Source of the DNA: Candidatus Magasanikiibacteriota bacterium
GTDB taxonomy: Bacteria; Patescibacteriota; Patescibacteriia; Magasanikbacterales; 2-02-FULL-50-9b
Assembly: GCA_023246755.1 (NCBI GenBank)
Contig: JAHFHU010000003.1
Coordinates: 3,854 to 67,853 of the forward strand
DNA: 64,000 nucleotides
Reading direction: 5' to 3'
Of this stretch, positions 48,696 through 58,498 are shown in pieces. The notes beneath the pieces are model-generated. The model saw only the letters and a list, made by a program, of their open reading frames with translations. It ran no database searches and was not told the origin of the DNA. The position numbers and the translations under genes are program-made. Each line of letters starts with the position of its first letter. Position 1 is the first letter of the stretch.

Positions 48696-48912
48696 AGAGG
48701 GTGGGCGAGCAGGTTCAACAAAACCGGGGTGAGTATGAGAAAGTAGTGCGAACGCACGAAATCAAAATACTCACCTCGGGGATATTTTCTCCTGACAATT
48801 TTCCAAATGGGTTGGTCTGTGCGACATGCCGCTCCGTTTGGTGAATGGTCATATCGGCTGTTCACTCCGGTTTACGCCCCCGGTTTCTGGGCTAATTCGT
48901 AAGGAGGTCCTC

Positions 48913-51117
48913 ATGTGGGGACAGCGTTTTCTCATCGTTATTTTGTTGGTCATTGCATCTGCGACGGCCTGTACCGACGTCAACCCCAATCCGGCTCCGG
49001 CCGAGAGCATCAACGGCGCCGCCGGGATGGGTCAAAAGAACGGTCCGCTGAGCGTCGTTGATCAGACCAATGGCAATGTTGTGGCCTGCGATCCGCAGAA
49101 GGACGTCAATCTTTTTGGCCCCAATGGCCAAGGAAAGATCTGCGATCGCGAGTCTAAGACGTGGATCCTCGTGATGTCCGTTGACGCAGACTGCAAATTT
49201 TCGGACAATGCATTCGACCCGTTGAGCTGTGTGTTCACGCCGTGCAAGACGGCTGACGACTGCGCCGACAACATCGCCAGCACCACCGACGCGTGCGAAT
49301 GGATCGAGGGGTCGTACGCCAAAGGTACCGGCATGTGCCGGAACTACTTCGCGGCGTGCAAAGCAAAGGAAGGCACGCCATGCGCGGCTATCGGCGCCGT
49401 GGTCAAAGACAAGGACAGCAACTACACATGCGACGCGGTCGCAAAAATGGCGTTGGCTGAGACCGAAACGTGCAACAACGTCGACGACGATTGCGATGGT
49501 ACAACCGACAACGGGAAAAACGTTGACGGAAGTGCATTCAACATCGGCAAGGCGTGCGACGGCGGCGACAGCGACAAGTGCGCCAATGGCACGTGGACGT
49601 GTTCGCCTACGGCGAGTGGTGCTGAGTGCATCAACGAAACCAAGAAGGACATCGCCGAAGTCTGCAATGGCATCGACGACAACTGCGACGGCGTGATTGA
49701 CGACCCGTGGCCGACGCTCGGCAAGGCGTGCGACGGCGACGACAGCGACAAGTGCAAGAACGGCGTGGACGTGTGCAACAACGCAAAAGACGGCGTGAGC
49801 TGTCTCGAGGTTGGCAAAAACGTCGACGAGATCTGCAATGGCAGTGACGACAATTGTAACGGCACGACCGACGAGGCGTGCGACATGGACAACGACGGCT
49901 ACTGCACCAGCAAGATGCTCGTCGCGAAAACCGCGAAGTGTCTCAAGTCAAAGTTACCAGCCGATGCGTCGACCCCCGCGGGCGACGACTGCAACGACCT
50001 TTCTGTCGACACCCACCCGGGCGCCACGGAAATGTGCAATGAGCTGGATGACAACTGCAACGCGCAGACGGACGAGGGTTTCAGCCTCGGCTTGAGCTGC
50101 GTAAGTGGGAATGCAGACGGTGTCTGCACGACCACAGGCAAGTTCTCGTCGTGTTCGGCTGATTCGTTGTCCGCGGTGTGTGACGCAAAGAAGGACGTGA
50201 ATAAAATCGCGACCGAGATTTGCGACAACCTCGACAACGACTGCAACGGCAAGACCGACGAGGGCTGCGACGACGACAGCGACGGCTATTGCGACGCCAA
50301 GATGAAGGTGTCGAAAGACGCCAAGTGCGCGAAGTCAAAATTGCCAAGCGATGCGTCGACCCCTGCGGGCGACGACTGTGACGACGCTGCCAAAGCGGTC
50401 AATCCGGGTGCAACGGAGATCTGCAATGGTCTCGACGACCAGTGCGATGCCAAGACCGACGAGGGCTGCGACGATGATGTCGACGGCTATTGCGACGCCA
50501 AGATGGCGTTTGCGGCGGGCGCTGCGTGCAAGCAAAGCGCGGCCGGAGTCGGCGACTGCGACGACGCCGTCAAGGCGATCAACCCCGACGCTGCGGAAGT
50601 CTGCGACAACGTGGACAACAACTGTGACGGCAAGATCGACCAAAACGCTGCGGGACAGTCGGTTTGCGCCTCGGTGTGCGGAAACGCTGTTTTCATCAAC
50701 TGCGGTGGCACCACCGTTTTGTCAATGAAGACGGACAATCCGTTCAAGGGCCTGTACACGCCGGCGGGTAGCTATACGTGCCCAAAGGTGGTTGGCGGTG
50801 CGACGCAAGTCTACACGTCGAACACCGCGGCAGCTGAACTTTACATCGTTGTGCAAGGCAACGGCATGAAGACGGCGAACCTCAAGATCAACGCGCCGGC
50901 CGGTGGCAATGGCATGGCAGCGGTGTTAACGGACTGCACGAGTAAGAATGCGGCGTTTAGCGCGCTGCAGTGCTCGCAACAGGGTGTCTTCGGCACCACG
51001 TCATCGGGAACTGTCGTCTCGACGAATCTGACCGGCGTCAAAGTCGGTGGACAAGTCGTTGCGATCGACTCATCGATCGAGATCGACAAGGTGTCCATCA
51101 CGGTCACCTGCCAGTAA
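48913..51117 (+). CDS. lipoprotein with MopE-like putative metal-binding repeats (CxxxDxDCDGxxDEG)
   Basis: Lipobox IASATAC. Repeats CNNVDDDCDGTTDNG, CNGIDDNCDGVIDD, CDNLDNDCNGKTDEGCDDDSDGYCD and others. Nucleotide-level tandem duplications near 50.2-50.5 kb. Confidence 0.55.
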   Translation: MWGQRFLIVILLVIASATACTDVNPNPAPAESINGAAGMGQKNGPLSVVDQTNGNVVACDPQKDVNLFGPNGQGKICDRESKTWILVMSVDADCKFSDNAFDPLSCVFTPCKTADDCADNIASTTDACEWIEGSYAKGTGMCRNYFAACKAKEGTPCAAIGAVVKDKDSNYTCDAVAKMALAETETCNNVDDDCDGTTDNGKNVDGSAFNIGKACDGGDSDKCANGTWTCSPTASGAECINETKKDIAEVCNGIDDNCDGVIDDPWPTLGKACDGDDSDKCKNGVDVCNNAKDGVSCLEVGKNVDEICNGSDDNCNGTTDEACDMDNDGYCTSKMLVAKTAKCLKSKLPADASTPAGDDCNDLSVDTHPGATEMCNELDDNCNAQTDEGFSLGLSCVSGNADGVCTTTGKFSSCSADSLSAVCDAKKDVNKIATEICDNLDNDCNGKTDEGCDDDSDGYCDAKMKVSKDAKCAKSKLPSDASTPAGDDCDDAAKAVNPGATEICNGLDDQCDAKTDEGCDDDVDGYCDAKMAFAAGAACKQSAAGVGDCDDAVKAINPDAAEVCDNVDNNCDGKIDQNAAGQSVCASVCGNAVFINCGGTTVLSMKTDNPFKGLYTPAGSYTCPKVVGGATQVYTSNTAAAELYIVVQGNGMKTANLKINAPAGGNGMAAVLTDCTSKNAAFSALQCSQQGVFGTTSSGTVVSTNLTGVKVGGQVVAIDSSIEIDKVSITVTCQ

Positions 51118-51247
51118 AGCGGTCGCGGCTTCCTTGCGAAAATGATCCCACAACCGGGATCTGCGCTCTGTGAATGAGCGTACAGTTGGTCGGCAGTTTC
51201 CTTCGGGAAGCTGTCGGCCATTTTTTGTTTTTGGTATACTGCTGCTC

Positions 51248-52600
51248 ATGCGCGCATCCGCACATTCAGAAACAGGAATCATGGTTTTAGTCGGATTAAT
51301 TTTGATCGGATTTCTGATCTTTTTATCCCAATTTTTGTCGCTCACCGCGATGGTTGTTTTGTGCGGGGGTGCGATGGCGATCGGCGTCGCAATCGCGCGA
51401 CCACAACTCGCCGCATACGCACTCGCGTTTTTTGCGCCGATGAGTGGGCTGGTCATCGACTTCACCCGTGACCAAAGCCTCGCGCGACTTCCGTACGTCG
51501 GCTCGATCAACGCGCCGGTCGTTGATATTTTTGCCGTCGCAACGCTGGTGCTCATCGCGCTGTTGTTTTTAATACATCCGGAAAAAATCGCACTCGCGCG
51601 CGCGACAAAATTTTGGCAAATTCTACTTGCGCTGTACGTCGTGCTTGCGATTTCTGTTGCGGGAGCAGATTCGTTATTTTTCGGCATAACGCTCAAAGCT
51701 TTTTTTCGTCCGTACATTTTTATGTACGTTGGATTCGCGGTGCCGATAATTTTGCTGCTCAAAACGCGCGTCGATTTGTTGCGCGCGTTGTTTGCGTATG
51801 AATGTGCGGCGCTTGTCGGCGCGCTCATGGGCGCGATTTCGTTTGTCACGCAAAATGTTGTTGGGTTCGCCCGCGCGATGCCGTTTTCCGTCGCGGGCTA
51901 CGCACCGTTCGGCGTCAATCACAACGTGCTCGCCGAATCATTAACCGCGATTATTCCGTTCGCGTGGTGGTTCGCGGCAAAACATCCGCGCGGCGGGCGA
52001 CGCGCGCTGCTTTTCGCGGCAGCTGGATTTATTTCCGTCATCGCGCTGCTCACTTTTTCGCGCGCGGCGTGGATTGTGATGACGCTGCAAGTATGTTTTT
52101 ATATGTGGTGGCGCACGAATCAAACTGAGCACCATCGTGGTCGCAGCATCGGGATCGTCGTCGCGCTTGCGGCGCTCGGAATTTTTTTCATGATCATTCA
52201 ATCGACGGTCATCGCCGACAGCAGCGACAACACGCGCAAGGATTTGCTCGGCATCGCGGTGACATATTGGCAGCGCGCGCCGTGGTTTGGGCACGGGCCG
52301 GGGATGTATTTGCCGCTCGTCAATGAAACAACGGCATTCCACATGGATTACGGCGACGCGATGGATGCGCATGGCGTCGTGCAAAAATTGATGCTCGAAA
52401 CGGGCGTTGTCGGCACGATGCTGTTCGGCGTGTATGTTTTGTGCGTGCTGCGGGCGCTGTGGATGCGGCGCGATTCGCACTTCCACCTGATGCTGTTTGT
52501 CACCGTGATTTCGCTCGGGACGTATCAGCTCTTTAACACCGGCTATTTTGATGGTAAAGTGTGGGTTCTGATGGGCGTGGCAATCGCCTCAATTCTATGA
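51248..52600 (+). CDS. O-antigen ligase-like (Wzy_C) polytopic membrane protein
   Basis: About 11 TM helices with a large periplasmic loop containing FSRAAW/ H-containing motif. Confidence 0.5.
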   Translation: MRASAHSETGIMVLVGLILIGFLIFLSQFLSLTAMVVLCGGAMAIGVAIARPQLAAYALAFFAPMSGLVIDFTRDQSLARLPYVGSINAPVVDIFAVATLVLIALLFLIHPEKIALARATKFWQILLALYVVLAISVAGADSLFFGITLKAFFRPYIFMYVGFAVPIILLLKTRVDLLRALFAYECAALVGALMGAISFVTQNVVGFARAMPFSVAGYAPFGVNHNVLAESLTAIIPFAWWFAAKHPRGGRRALLFAAAGFISVIALLTFSRAAWIVMTLQVCFYMWWRTNQTEHHRGRSIGIVVALAALGIFFMIIQSTVIADSSDNTRKDLLGIAVTYWQRAPWFGHGPGMYLPLVNETTAFHMDYGDAMDAHGVVQKLMLETGVVGTMLFGVYVLCVLRALWMRRDSHFHLMLFVTVISLGTYQLFNTGYFDGKVWVLMGVAIASIL

Positions 52601-53703
52601 AAAAACAAGGACTCGGCGGCGTGCGAAAAATTAAAGTTGTTCATATCATTCCGACGCTTGATTTGGGTGGTGCGGAACGTATCGCGGTTGACCTCGTGCG
52701 GTTCGGCAATCACGAGGTGTTTGATTTTTCCGTGGTAACGATTGTCGGTGGTGGTCCGCTCGAAGCGGATCTGCGCGCGGCGGGCGTTCCGTATTATTCG
52801 CTCACGAAATTCACGACGCTCGGGCTCGGGATGCTCGTTGAGTTGACGCAATTATTGAATCGCCTTGAACCGGATATCGTGCACACACATTTGTTTGGTG
52901 CGCATTTGTGGGGGCAAGTTGCGTCGATGCTTAATCGTGTGCCGTTTATGGTTGCGTCTGAGCAAAACACGGATGTCGATTTGGGCGAACTCCGCACGCG
53001 CGTCAAACAGCTGCTGTCGTATTCGGCGGACACCGTGATCGCCGCGAGCGACGCGATTCGAGAATTTTTGATCACACAAGGCCATATTTCCGAGGAAAAA
53101 ATTGTCGTGATCCGCAATGCGATTGACACGATGCAGTATCTTGCGTTGCCAGCGCCACAGTTTGGGCCGAAATTAAAATTATTGTCGATCGGTCGGTTGA
53201 CGCCGCAAAAAGGTCACGATATTTTGATTGAAGCGCTGACTGGTTTGCACGATGTTCCGTTTGAGCTCACGATCGCGGGTGTTGGCGAGTTGCTTGATGA
53301 TCTGTCGGATCGGGTGACCCTGCATCATTTGAATGATCGGGTGCAGTTTTTGGGGACGACGAATGATGTGCCGGCGCTTATCGGCGAATATGATGTTGTG
53401 GTGATGCCGTCGCGGTGGGAGGGAATTGGGCTCGTGGTGATGGAAGGGATGGCGGCGGCGCGGCCGGTGATCGCGTCGAATGTTGGCGGGATTCCGGAGA
53501 TCGTTGAGCATGGCAAAACGGGCGTGCTTGTCCAGAGCGAAAATCCGACGGCACTTGCTGAGGCAATTCGGTGGGTGTGGGAGCATCAATCGGCTGCGGG
53601 GGCGATCGGTCTGCGGGCGCGCGAGTATGCGCGGGTGCAGTGCGATGTGCGCGAGATGGTTAAACAATACGAACGGGTGTATGCGCATCTTACTCATCAA
53701 TAA
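52597..53703 (+). CDS. GT4 family glycosyltransferase
   Basis: EGIGLVVMEGMAAARPVIASNVGGIPEIV (E-x7-E motif). Confidence 0.75.
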   Translation: MKKQGLGGVRKIKVVHIIPTLDLGGAERIAVDLVRFGNHEVFDFSVVTIVGGGPLEADLRAAGVPYYSLTKFTTLGLGMLVELTQLLNRLEPDIVHTHLFGAHLWGQVASMLNRVPFMVASEQNTDVDLGELRTRVKQLLSYSADTVIAASDAIREFLITQGHISEEKIVVIRNAIDTMQYLALPAPQFGPKLKLLSIGRLTPQKGHDILIEALTGLHDVPFELTIAGVGELLDDLSDRVTLHHLNDRVQFLGTTNDVPALIGEYDVVVMPSRWEGIGLVVMEGMAAARPVIASNVGGIPEIVEHGKTGVLVQSENPTALAEAIRWVWEHQSAAGAIGLRAREYARVQCDVREMVKQYERVYAHLTHQ

Positions 53704-54886
53704 TTTTTTTCGTGATGTCGGCGGGGTCGAGCGCGTTTTTTTTGCCGAGCGCGAATTATTGATGCAACACGGTCACACGGTGATTGATTTTTCAACGACG
53801 CACGCGGCGAATTATCCGTCGAATTACGCGCGCTATTTTGTGAGCGCGGTGGATTTTCATGCGCGCGGGGACTGGTTTAAAAAAGCGGCGCGATTTTTTT
53901 ATTCGCGCGAAGTTGCGACGCAGCTCGATCGATTAATTTCGGAAATCGCGCCGGATGTTGCGCACGTGCATGGAATTTTTGATGTGCTCGGGCCAACGGT
54001 TTTGCGCGTGCTGAAAAAACGTGGCGTGCGGATTGTGTTTACGGCGCACGCGTATAAACTGGTGTGTCCGAGCGGCCGATTATTTTCGCGCGGCGCAATT
54101 GACGAGTCGTGTCGGCGTAATCTTTTGAATGACGCACTCCATCGCGGTGTGCAAAATTCGTTGGTGAAAAGTTTGTGGGCCGTGTTGGCGCTCGGGTGGC
54201 ACCGCTCGCGGCGAACGTTTGAGCTGTTTGACCGCATCATAGCGCCGAGTCAATTTTTGATTCACAAACATGTCGAGTTTGGTTTTGATGCGCGGCGTTT
54301 TGTGCACATTCCGAATCCGGTTGATGTGACAAAATTTTCGGTGTCTAAATGTGCCGGCGCGTACGTGCTGTTCGTCGGGCGATTGGTTCCGGAAAAAGGT
54401 GTTGCTGTGTTGATCGCAGCTGCGGCGCGACTTCCGGAGATCGAATTTAAAATTGTGGGCGACGGGCCGGAGCGCGCGCGGCTTGAAAATTTAGTGGTTG
54501 AAAAAAAATTGAAAAATATTTCGTTTGACGGGCACCGCGCGCCGCGTGATGTGCAAACATACGTTGCGAACGCAGCTGCAGTTGTCGTTCCGTCGGTTTG
54601 TTTTGAAAATGATCCGTATTCCGTGCTCGAAGCGCAGGCGCAGGGGAGCGTCGTCATCGCGTCATATACCGGCGGCATCCCTGAGCAGATTCGGCATGGC
54701 GAAACCGGGTTTTTATTTGAGCAAGGGAACGCAGCGGCGCTCGCGGAGGCGCTTGCGCGGGTGTGGGCGATGACGCCGCATGAGCGCGCCGCGATTGGCA
54801 CGCAGGCACGGGCGTTTGTGGATATCGTTCGCGCGCCGGAGCTCTATTATGAGGCGATTATGGACGTTTTTGGATCAACAAAGTAG
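53681..54886 (+). CDS. GT4 family glycosyltransferase
   Basis: Start at MRILLINNFF; C-terminal DPYSVLEAQAQGSVVIASYTGGIPE. Confidence 0.7.
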   Translation: MRILLINNFFRDVGGVERVFFAERELLMQHGHTVIDFSTTHAANYPSNYARYFVSAVDFHARGDWFKKAARFFYSREVATQLDRLISEIAPDVAHVHGIFDVLGPTVLRVLKKRGVRIVFTAHAYKLVCPSGRLFSRGAIDESCRRNLLNDALHRGVQNSLVKSLWAVLALGWHRSRRTFELFDRIIAPSQFLIHKHVEFGFDARRFVHIPNPVDVTKFSVSKCAGAYVLFVGRLVPEKGVAVLIAAAARLPEIEFKIVGDGPERARLENLVVEKKLKNISFDGHRAPRDVQTYVANAAAVVVPSVCFENDPYSVLEAQAQGSVVIASYTGGIPEQIRHGETGFLFEQGNAAALAEALARVWAMTPHERAAIGTQARAFVDIVRAPELYYEAIMDVFGSTK

Positions 54887-54943
54887 TCCACAGGCGAGGG
54901 TTGACATTTTCGGGAAAATCCGGTAGAATTGGTTGTTATCGCT

Positions 54944-56140
54944 ATGGTCAAAAAACCCTTACATATCGCATATATCGGCCAAAAAGGCGCTCCAGCACTC
55001 TGGGGCGGCGTTGAGCGTGCAACCGAAGAATTGGCGGTGCGGATGGCTGCGGCGGGGTATTTTGTCACCGTGTATTGTCGCACCTGGTACGCAAAACATC
55101 AGCCACTTTTTTATCGCAATGTGCGGCTCAAATACGTGCCGAGCGTTCATACGAAGTATTTGGACGCGATTACCCACACTTTTTTTTCGGTGGTCAACGC
55201 GATGTGGAATGGTGTCGATGTCATTCATTTTCAAGGTATCGGACCGGCGCTTCTCGCGTGGATTCCGCGCATGTTTGCGCCGCATACCCGTGTGCTCGTG
55301 ACGTTTCATTGTTTGGATCGTAAATTGCAGAAATGGAACTGGTTTGCCCGTCTCATGTTTTATGTGGGCGAGTACGTTGCGATTTCGTGCAGCCATGAAA
55401 TGTTTGTGACGTCGCGCGCGCTTGAACAGTATGTTTTGCACACGTGGAATCATCGCGCGACCTATTTGCCCAACGGCGCGTTTGAACGTACTATCGCGTT
55501 TGATTCAACGGAAGATATTCGCGCGTTTGGTTTGACGCCGCATCGCTACGTGGTGTGCGTCGGGCGTTTGATGCGCGATAAAGCGCAACACGAAGTGATC
55601 GCGGCGTTTGTGCGCGCGAAAGAACGTTTGGATGATGCGTCGTGTGCAGATTTAAAATTAGTTATTGTTGGCGATAGTGCGGATGCGCACGATTCGTATC
55701 GCGCATATTTGAATGAGCAAATTGCGGGCCGCGACGACGTGGTATTTTTGGGTGTGCAAACGGGTTCGATTTTGAAATCGCTCATCAAGCATGCGCGGGT
55801 GGGTGTGTCGTTGTCGTATTCGGAAGGCATGCCGCTTGCGGTTTTGGAAATGGCGTCGTATGGCGTTCCGCTCGTTGTTTCTGATATTACGGCGCATCGC
55901 GAAATTTTTGGTGACGATCATGCATTTATTGAGGTTGGAAATGTTGAGCGTGCGGCCGTGCAGCTTGCGCGGCTCGTGAAAAATTTTGATGAGATTCGGG
56001 TGATCGCTGCGATCATCGCGGAACGAATTGCTGCGCGATATTGTTGGGACATTATTGTCGCGCGGTATTGTGTGTCCATTGTTTCCGTTCAAACTGAGTT
56101 TGAGCGCGAACACGTTGTTTTACAAGCGCGGTTGGTCTAA
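54944..56140 (+). CDS. GT4 family glycosyltransferase
   Basis: EGMPLAVLEMASYGVPLVVSDITAHREIF. Confidence 0.7.
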   Translation: MVKKPLHIAYIGQKGAPALWGGVERATEELAVRMAAAGYFVTVYCRTWYAKHQPLFYRNVRLKYVPSVHTKYLDAITHTFFSVVNAMWNGVDVIHFQGIGPALLAWIPRMFAPHTRVLVTFHCLDRKLQKWNWFARLMFYVGEYVAISCSHEMFVTSRALEQYVLHTWNHRATYLPNGAFERTIAFDSTEDIRAFGLTPHRYVVCVGRLMRDKAQHEVIAAFVRAKERLDDASCADLKLVIVGDSADAHDSYRAYLNEQIAGRDDVVFLGVQTGSILKSLIKHARVGVSLSYSEGMPLAVLEMASYGVPLVVSDITAHREIFGDDHAFIEVGNVERAAVQLARLVKNFDEIRVIAAIIAERIAARYCWDIIVARYCVSIVSVQTEFEREHVVLQARLV

Positions 56141-57166
56141 ACTTTTTGTGTCCACCGTGATGGTCGCGCGAGAAAATTCTCGCTGCCACACGCCCGGGGA
56201 AATTTCGATTGGTGCGCCGCGTGGTGCGCCAATTTTTTGTTCGTATGCGGGATACCACCACAGCGAGGCGTGGTTGGTGTCGCCAAAATCATAGGCGAAA
56301 TATGCGTCGAAGAGGAGTGCACTATTGAGACCGAGTCGCATCGTTGTTTCGGATTGATTTTCTGTGTTATTGCGCGCGGTCGCGTTGAAAATAATGATCG
56401 GATTTTTGGTGTGCGTTGCATGGAATTCTCGCGCGCGTGCGACCGTCTCGGCCCATCCGTGATCTGGAAAATTTTCGAACACAACGCCATCGAGCGCGTC
56501 AAATTGTGTGCTACCGTTGCCGATGATAATTTTTTTGGGCCCCGCGGCGCGTAGATCGTTGATGAGCTGTTTTGTCGCGTCGCTCCATGCGGCGTTGGCG
56601 GCGTCGGGCACGTCAGTTTTTTGATCGTCGTCGAGATCAACATCGCCAACGTACCATGTCACGCCATCCCACACATTATCGAGCATGACACCATCCCAAA
56701 CCGGATTGGCGAAAATTTTTTTCTTGATAAATGTCGTGAGCAGCGCGCGCCACGGGCCGGTTAGATTCATGAGATGTGCGTTCGGCCAAAAATAAACCGC
56801 GTCGCCGTTTGCGCGATGAACATAGAATTGTTCGGGCGCGTGGGCAAGGAGCGCGTTTCGGAGCGGCGCTTCCTGCTCGAGCTCGTCGGTCGGTATGTGG
56901 AGTTCGGATGTTGAAACGTAAGCTAGAATTTTTATGCCGGGATGCAGCGCGCGCATTTTTTTGATGAGTTTTGGTTGACGCGCGCCAACTTCCGCATCGA
57001 GCACGACGAGATCCCAGCGCGCCAATTTTTGTGCGTCAGCCGCCGTAATTTTCCACGATAAAAATAAATTTGCCGTGCGCGGATGTTGTTGTGCCGTTGT
57101 TGTGGCCGCCGCAACGGGGGTGGGCGTGGTCACGAGCAATAAAAAAACAAAAAATAAAAATTTCAT
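56120..57166 (-). CDS. secreted putative glycoside hydrolase (GH114/TM1410-like)
   Basis: Signal peptide and a TIM-barrel-like pattern (DLVVLDAE, ILAYVSTSE); weak. Confidence 0.35.
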   Translation of the reverse strand: MKFLFFVFLLLVTTPTPVAAATTTAQQHPRTANLFLSWKITAADAQKLARWDLVVLDAEVGARQPKLIKKMRALHPGIKILAYVSTSELHIPTDELEQEAPLRNALLAHAPEQFYVHRANGDAVYFWPNAHLMNLTGPWRALLTTFIKKKIFANPVWDGVMLDNVWDGVTWYVGDVDLDDDQKTDVPDAANAAWSDATKQLINDLRAAGPKKIIIGNGSTQFDALDGVVFENFPDHGWAETVARAREFHATHTKNPIIIFNATARNNTENQSETTMRLGLNSALLFDAYFAYDFGDTNHASLWWYPAYEQKIGAPRGAPIEISPGVWQREFSRATITVDTKSLDQPRL

Positions 57167-57224
57167 GATACAAGTCTGTTTAGAATTTCAATGGGAAGAT
57201 TTGAGACAGGCTCTAAGTGGTGGG

Positions 57225-57278
57225 TACAAAAATGTTTAACAATTCAGGTCAAAATGTTTAACATTTTTGTATCACACA
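57225..57278. promoter_or_regulatory. conserved 54-bp motif copy 2 (two ATGTTTAACA(T) palindromic sites)
   Basis: Near-identical to 10181..10234. Lies ~60 bp upstream of the 56120..57166 start and 43 bp downstream of the HTH gene. Confidence 0.4.
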
Positions 57279-57320
57279 TTTTAGTACTCATCCGCGCGCC
57301 CAAATAGGCTCTGGGGTTTA

Positions 57321-57770
57321 TTATAGCGGAAGTGTTGAGTTTTGGCGCGTGTTCGATTTGGGTGCGCGCTTATTGGGAGGTTCTGGTGTGGTCGGTTTGA
57401 TTTCAATTCGATCTTCGGGTCGCACCATAAATAAATTCATATTTTGGCCTGCCACGGGTTCCGCTGGTTGAATAATATGAGGGTTTGGGGCGTAAATTTT
57501 GTTGCGAATTTTCCATTGGTCAACGAATTGTCCGATGCCGCGCGACTCCATTTTATTGTTAATGGTGGCATGACCCTGCGACCAGGTTAAGAGGCTTTCG
57601 AAGCTGATTTTGTAGCGTCCCTGCACGATTACATAGGACAACTCCTCGCGTTTAATGGCGCGGCGTATTGTTTGCGCATTGACGCCGAAAAGCTTTGCTG
57701 CTTCAGAAATCGAAACTCGGATAATTTCATCAAGTGCCATAGTGAAAAAAGTGTACAACAATCTATACAA
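57321..57770 (-). CDS. helix-turn-helix DNA-binding protein (excisionase/MerR-like HTH family)
   Basis: N-terminal IRVSISEAAKLFGVNAQTIRRAIKREEL HTH; divergent from the ECF sigma gene. Confidence 0.55.
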   Translation of the reverse strand: MYRLLYTFFTMALDEIIRVSISEAAKLFGVNAQTIRRAIKREELSYVIVQGRYKISFESLLTWSQGHATINNKMESRGIGQFVDQWKIRNKIYAPNPHIIQPAEPVAGQNMNLFMVRPEDRIEIKPTTPEPPNKRAPKSNTRQNSTLPL

Positions 57771-57928
57771 ATAGTCAAAAATAGGGGGTTATCTGGACGT
57801 GTGGTGCGGTTGACAAAAAAGCATGAATATCGTATAATTTCTCCTATATTTGGCCTCGTATGGCCACCCCCTAATTCTGCGGTGCAGACCCGAGTTGTAA
57901 CACTTTGGTTTCTGCAACGTCATATTAA

Positions 57929-58498
57929 ATGAGCAGCAAATTGCGCGACAAATACCTCTTATACCGAATACAGACAAAACGCGACGCGCAAGCGTATGGC
58001 GAGCTGTATGATACGTATGTGGCGGGTATTTACCGGTTCATCTCGTTTAAGGTGAGCTCAAAAGAAGAGGCGCAAGATTTGACCTCGGAGACGTTTCTGC
58101 GCGCTTGGCACTATCTGCTCGAAAGTCGAGATGTCGCAAGTTTTAGTGCGTTACTCTATCGTATCGCGCGAAACCTCGTCATCGATCATTACCGCAGTCG
58201 TCGCGCAACCGTTTCGCTCGACGAGCAACTCGAGATCGATATCGATGAAAATACGAGCCCCACGGATAAAGGCGAGCAGATTAAAATGCTCGACATCAAT
58301 CTTGAGGCGAGCGCAGTTGCCACAGCGATGAAACAGCTGAAAGAAGAGTATCGTGACATTTTGACCTTGCGATATATCGAAGAGCTTTCAACGGCAGAAA
58401 TCGCTGAGATCGTTGATAAGACATCGGTACACGTCCGCGTCTTGCTCCATCGGGCGACCAATGCACTCAAAGCATTACTTGAAAAAAATGAAATTTAA
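57929..58498 (+). CDS. ECF-type RNA polymerase sigma-70 factor
   Basis: Region 2 (YRFISFKV..DLTSETFLRAW) and region 4 (LRYIEELSTAEIAEIVDKTSVHVRVLLHRA). Confidence 0.8.
   Translation: MSSKLRDKYLLYRIQTKRDAQAYGELYDTYVAGIYRFISFKVSSKEEAQDLTSETFLRAWHYLLESRDVASFSALLYRIARNLVIDHYRSRRATVSLDEQLEIDIDENTSPTDKGEQIKMLDINLEASAVATAMKQLKEEYRDILTLRYIEELSTAEIAEIVDKTSVHVRVLLHRATNALKALLEKNEI

Noticed and set aside
10181-57278. The two 54-bp direct repeats as attL/attR of a 47-kb integrated element next to tRNA-Asp
   Set aside because: The interval contains core genes (infC-rpmI-rplT, pyrEF, ssrA-smpB) and no integrase. The repeat is palindrome-rich, which fits an operator better than an att core.
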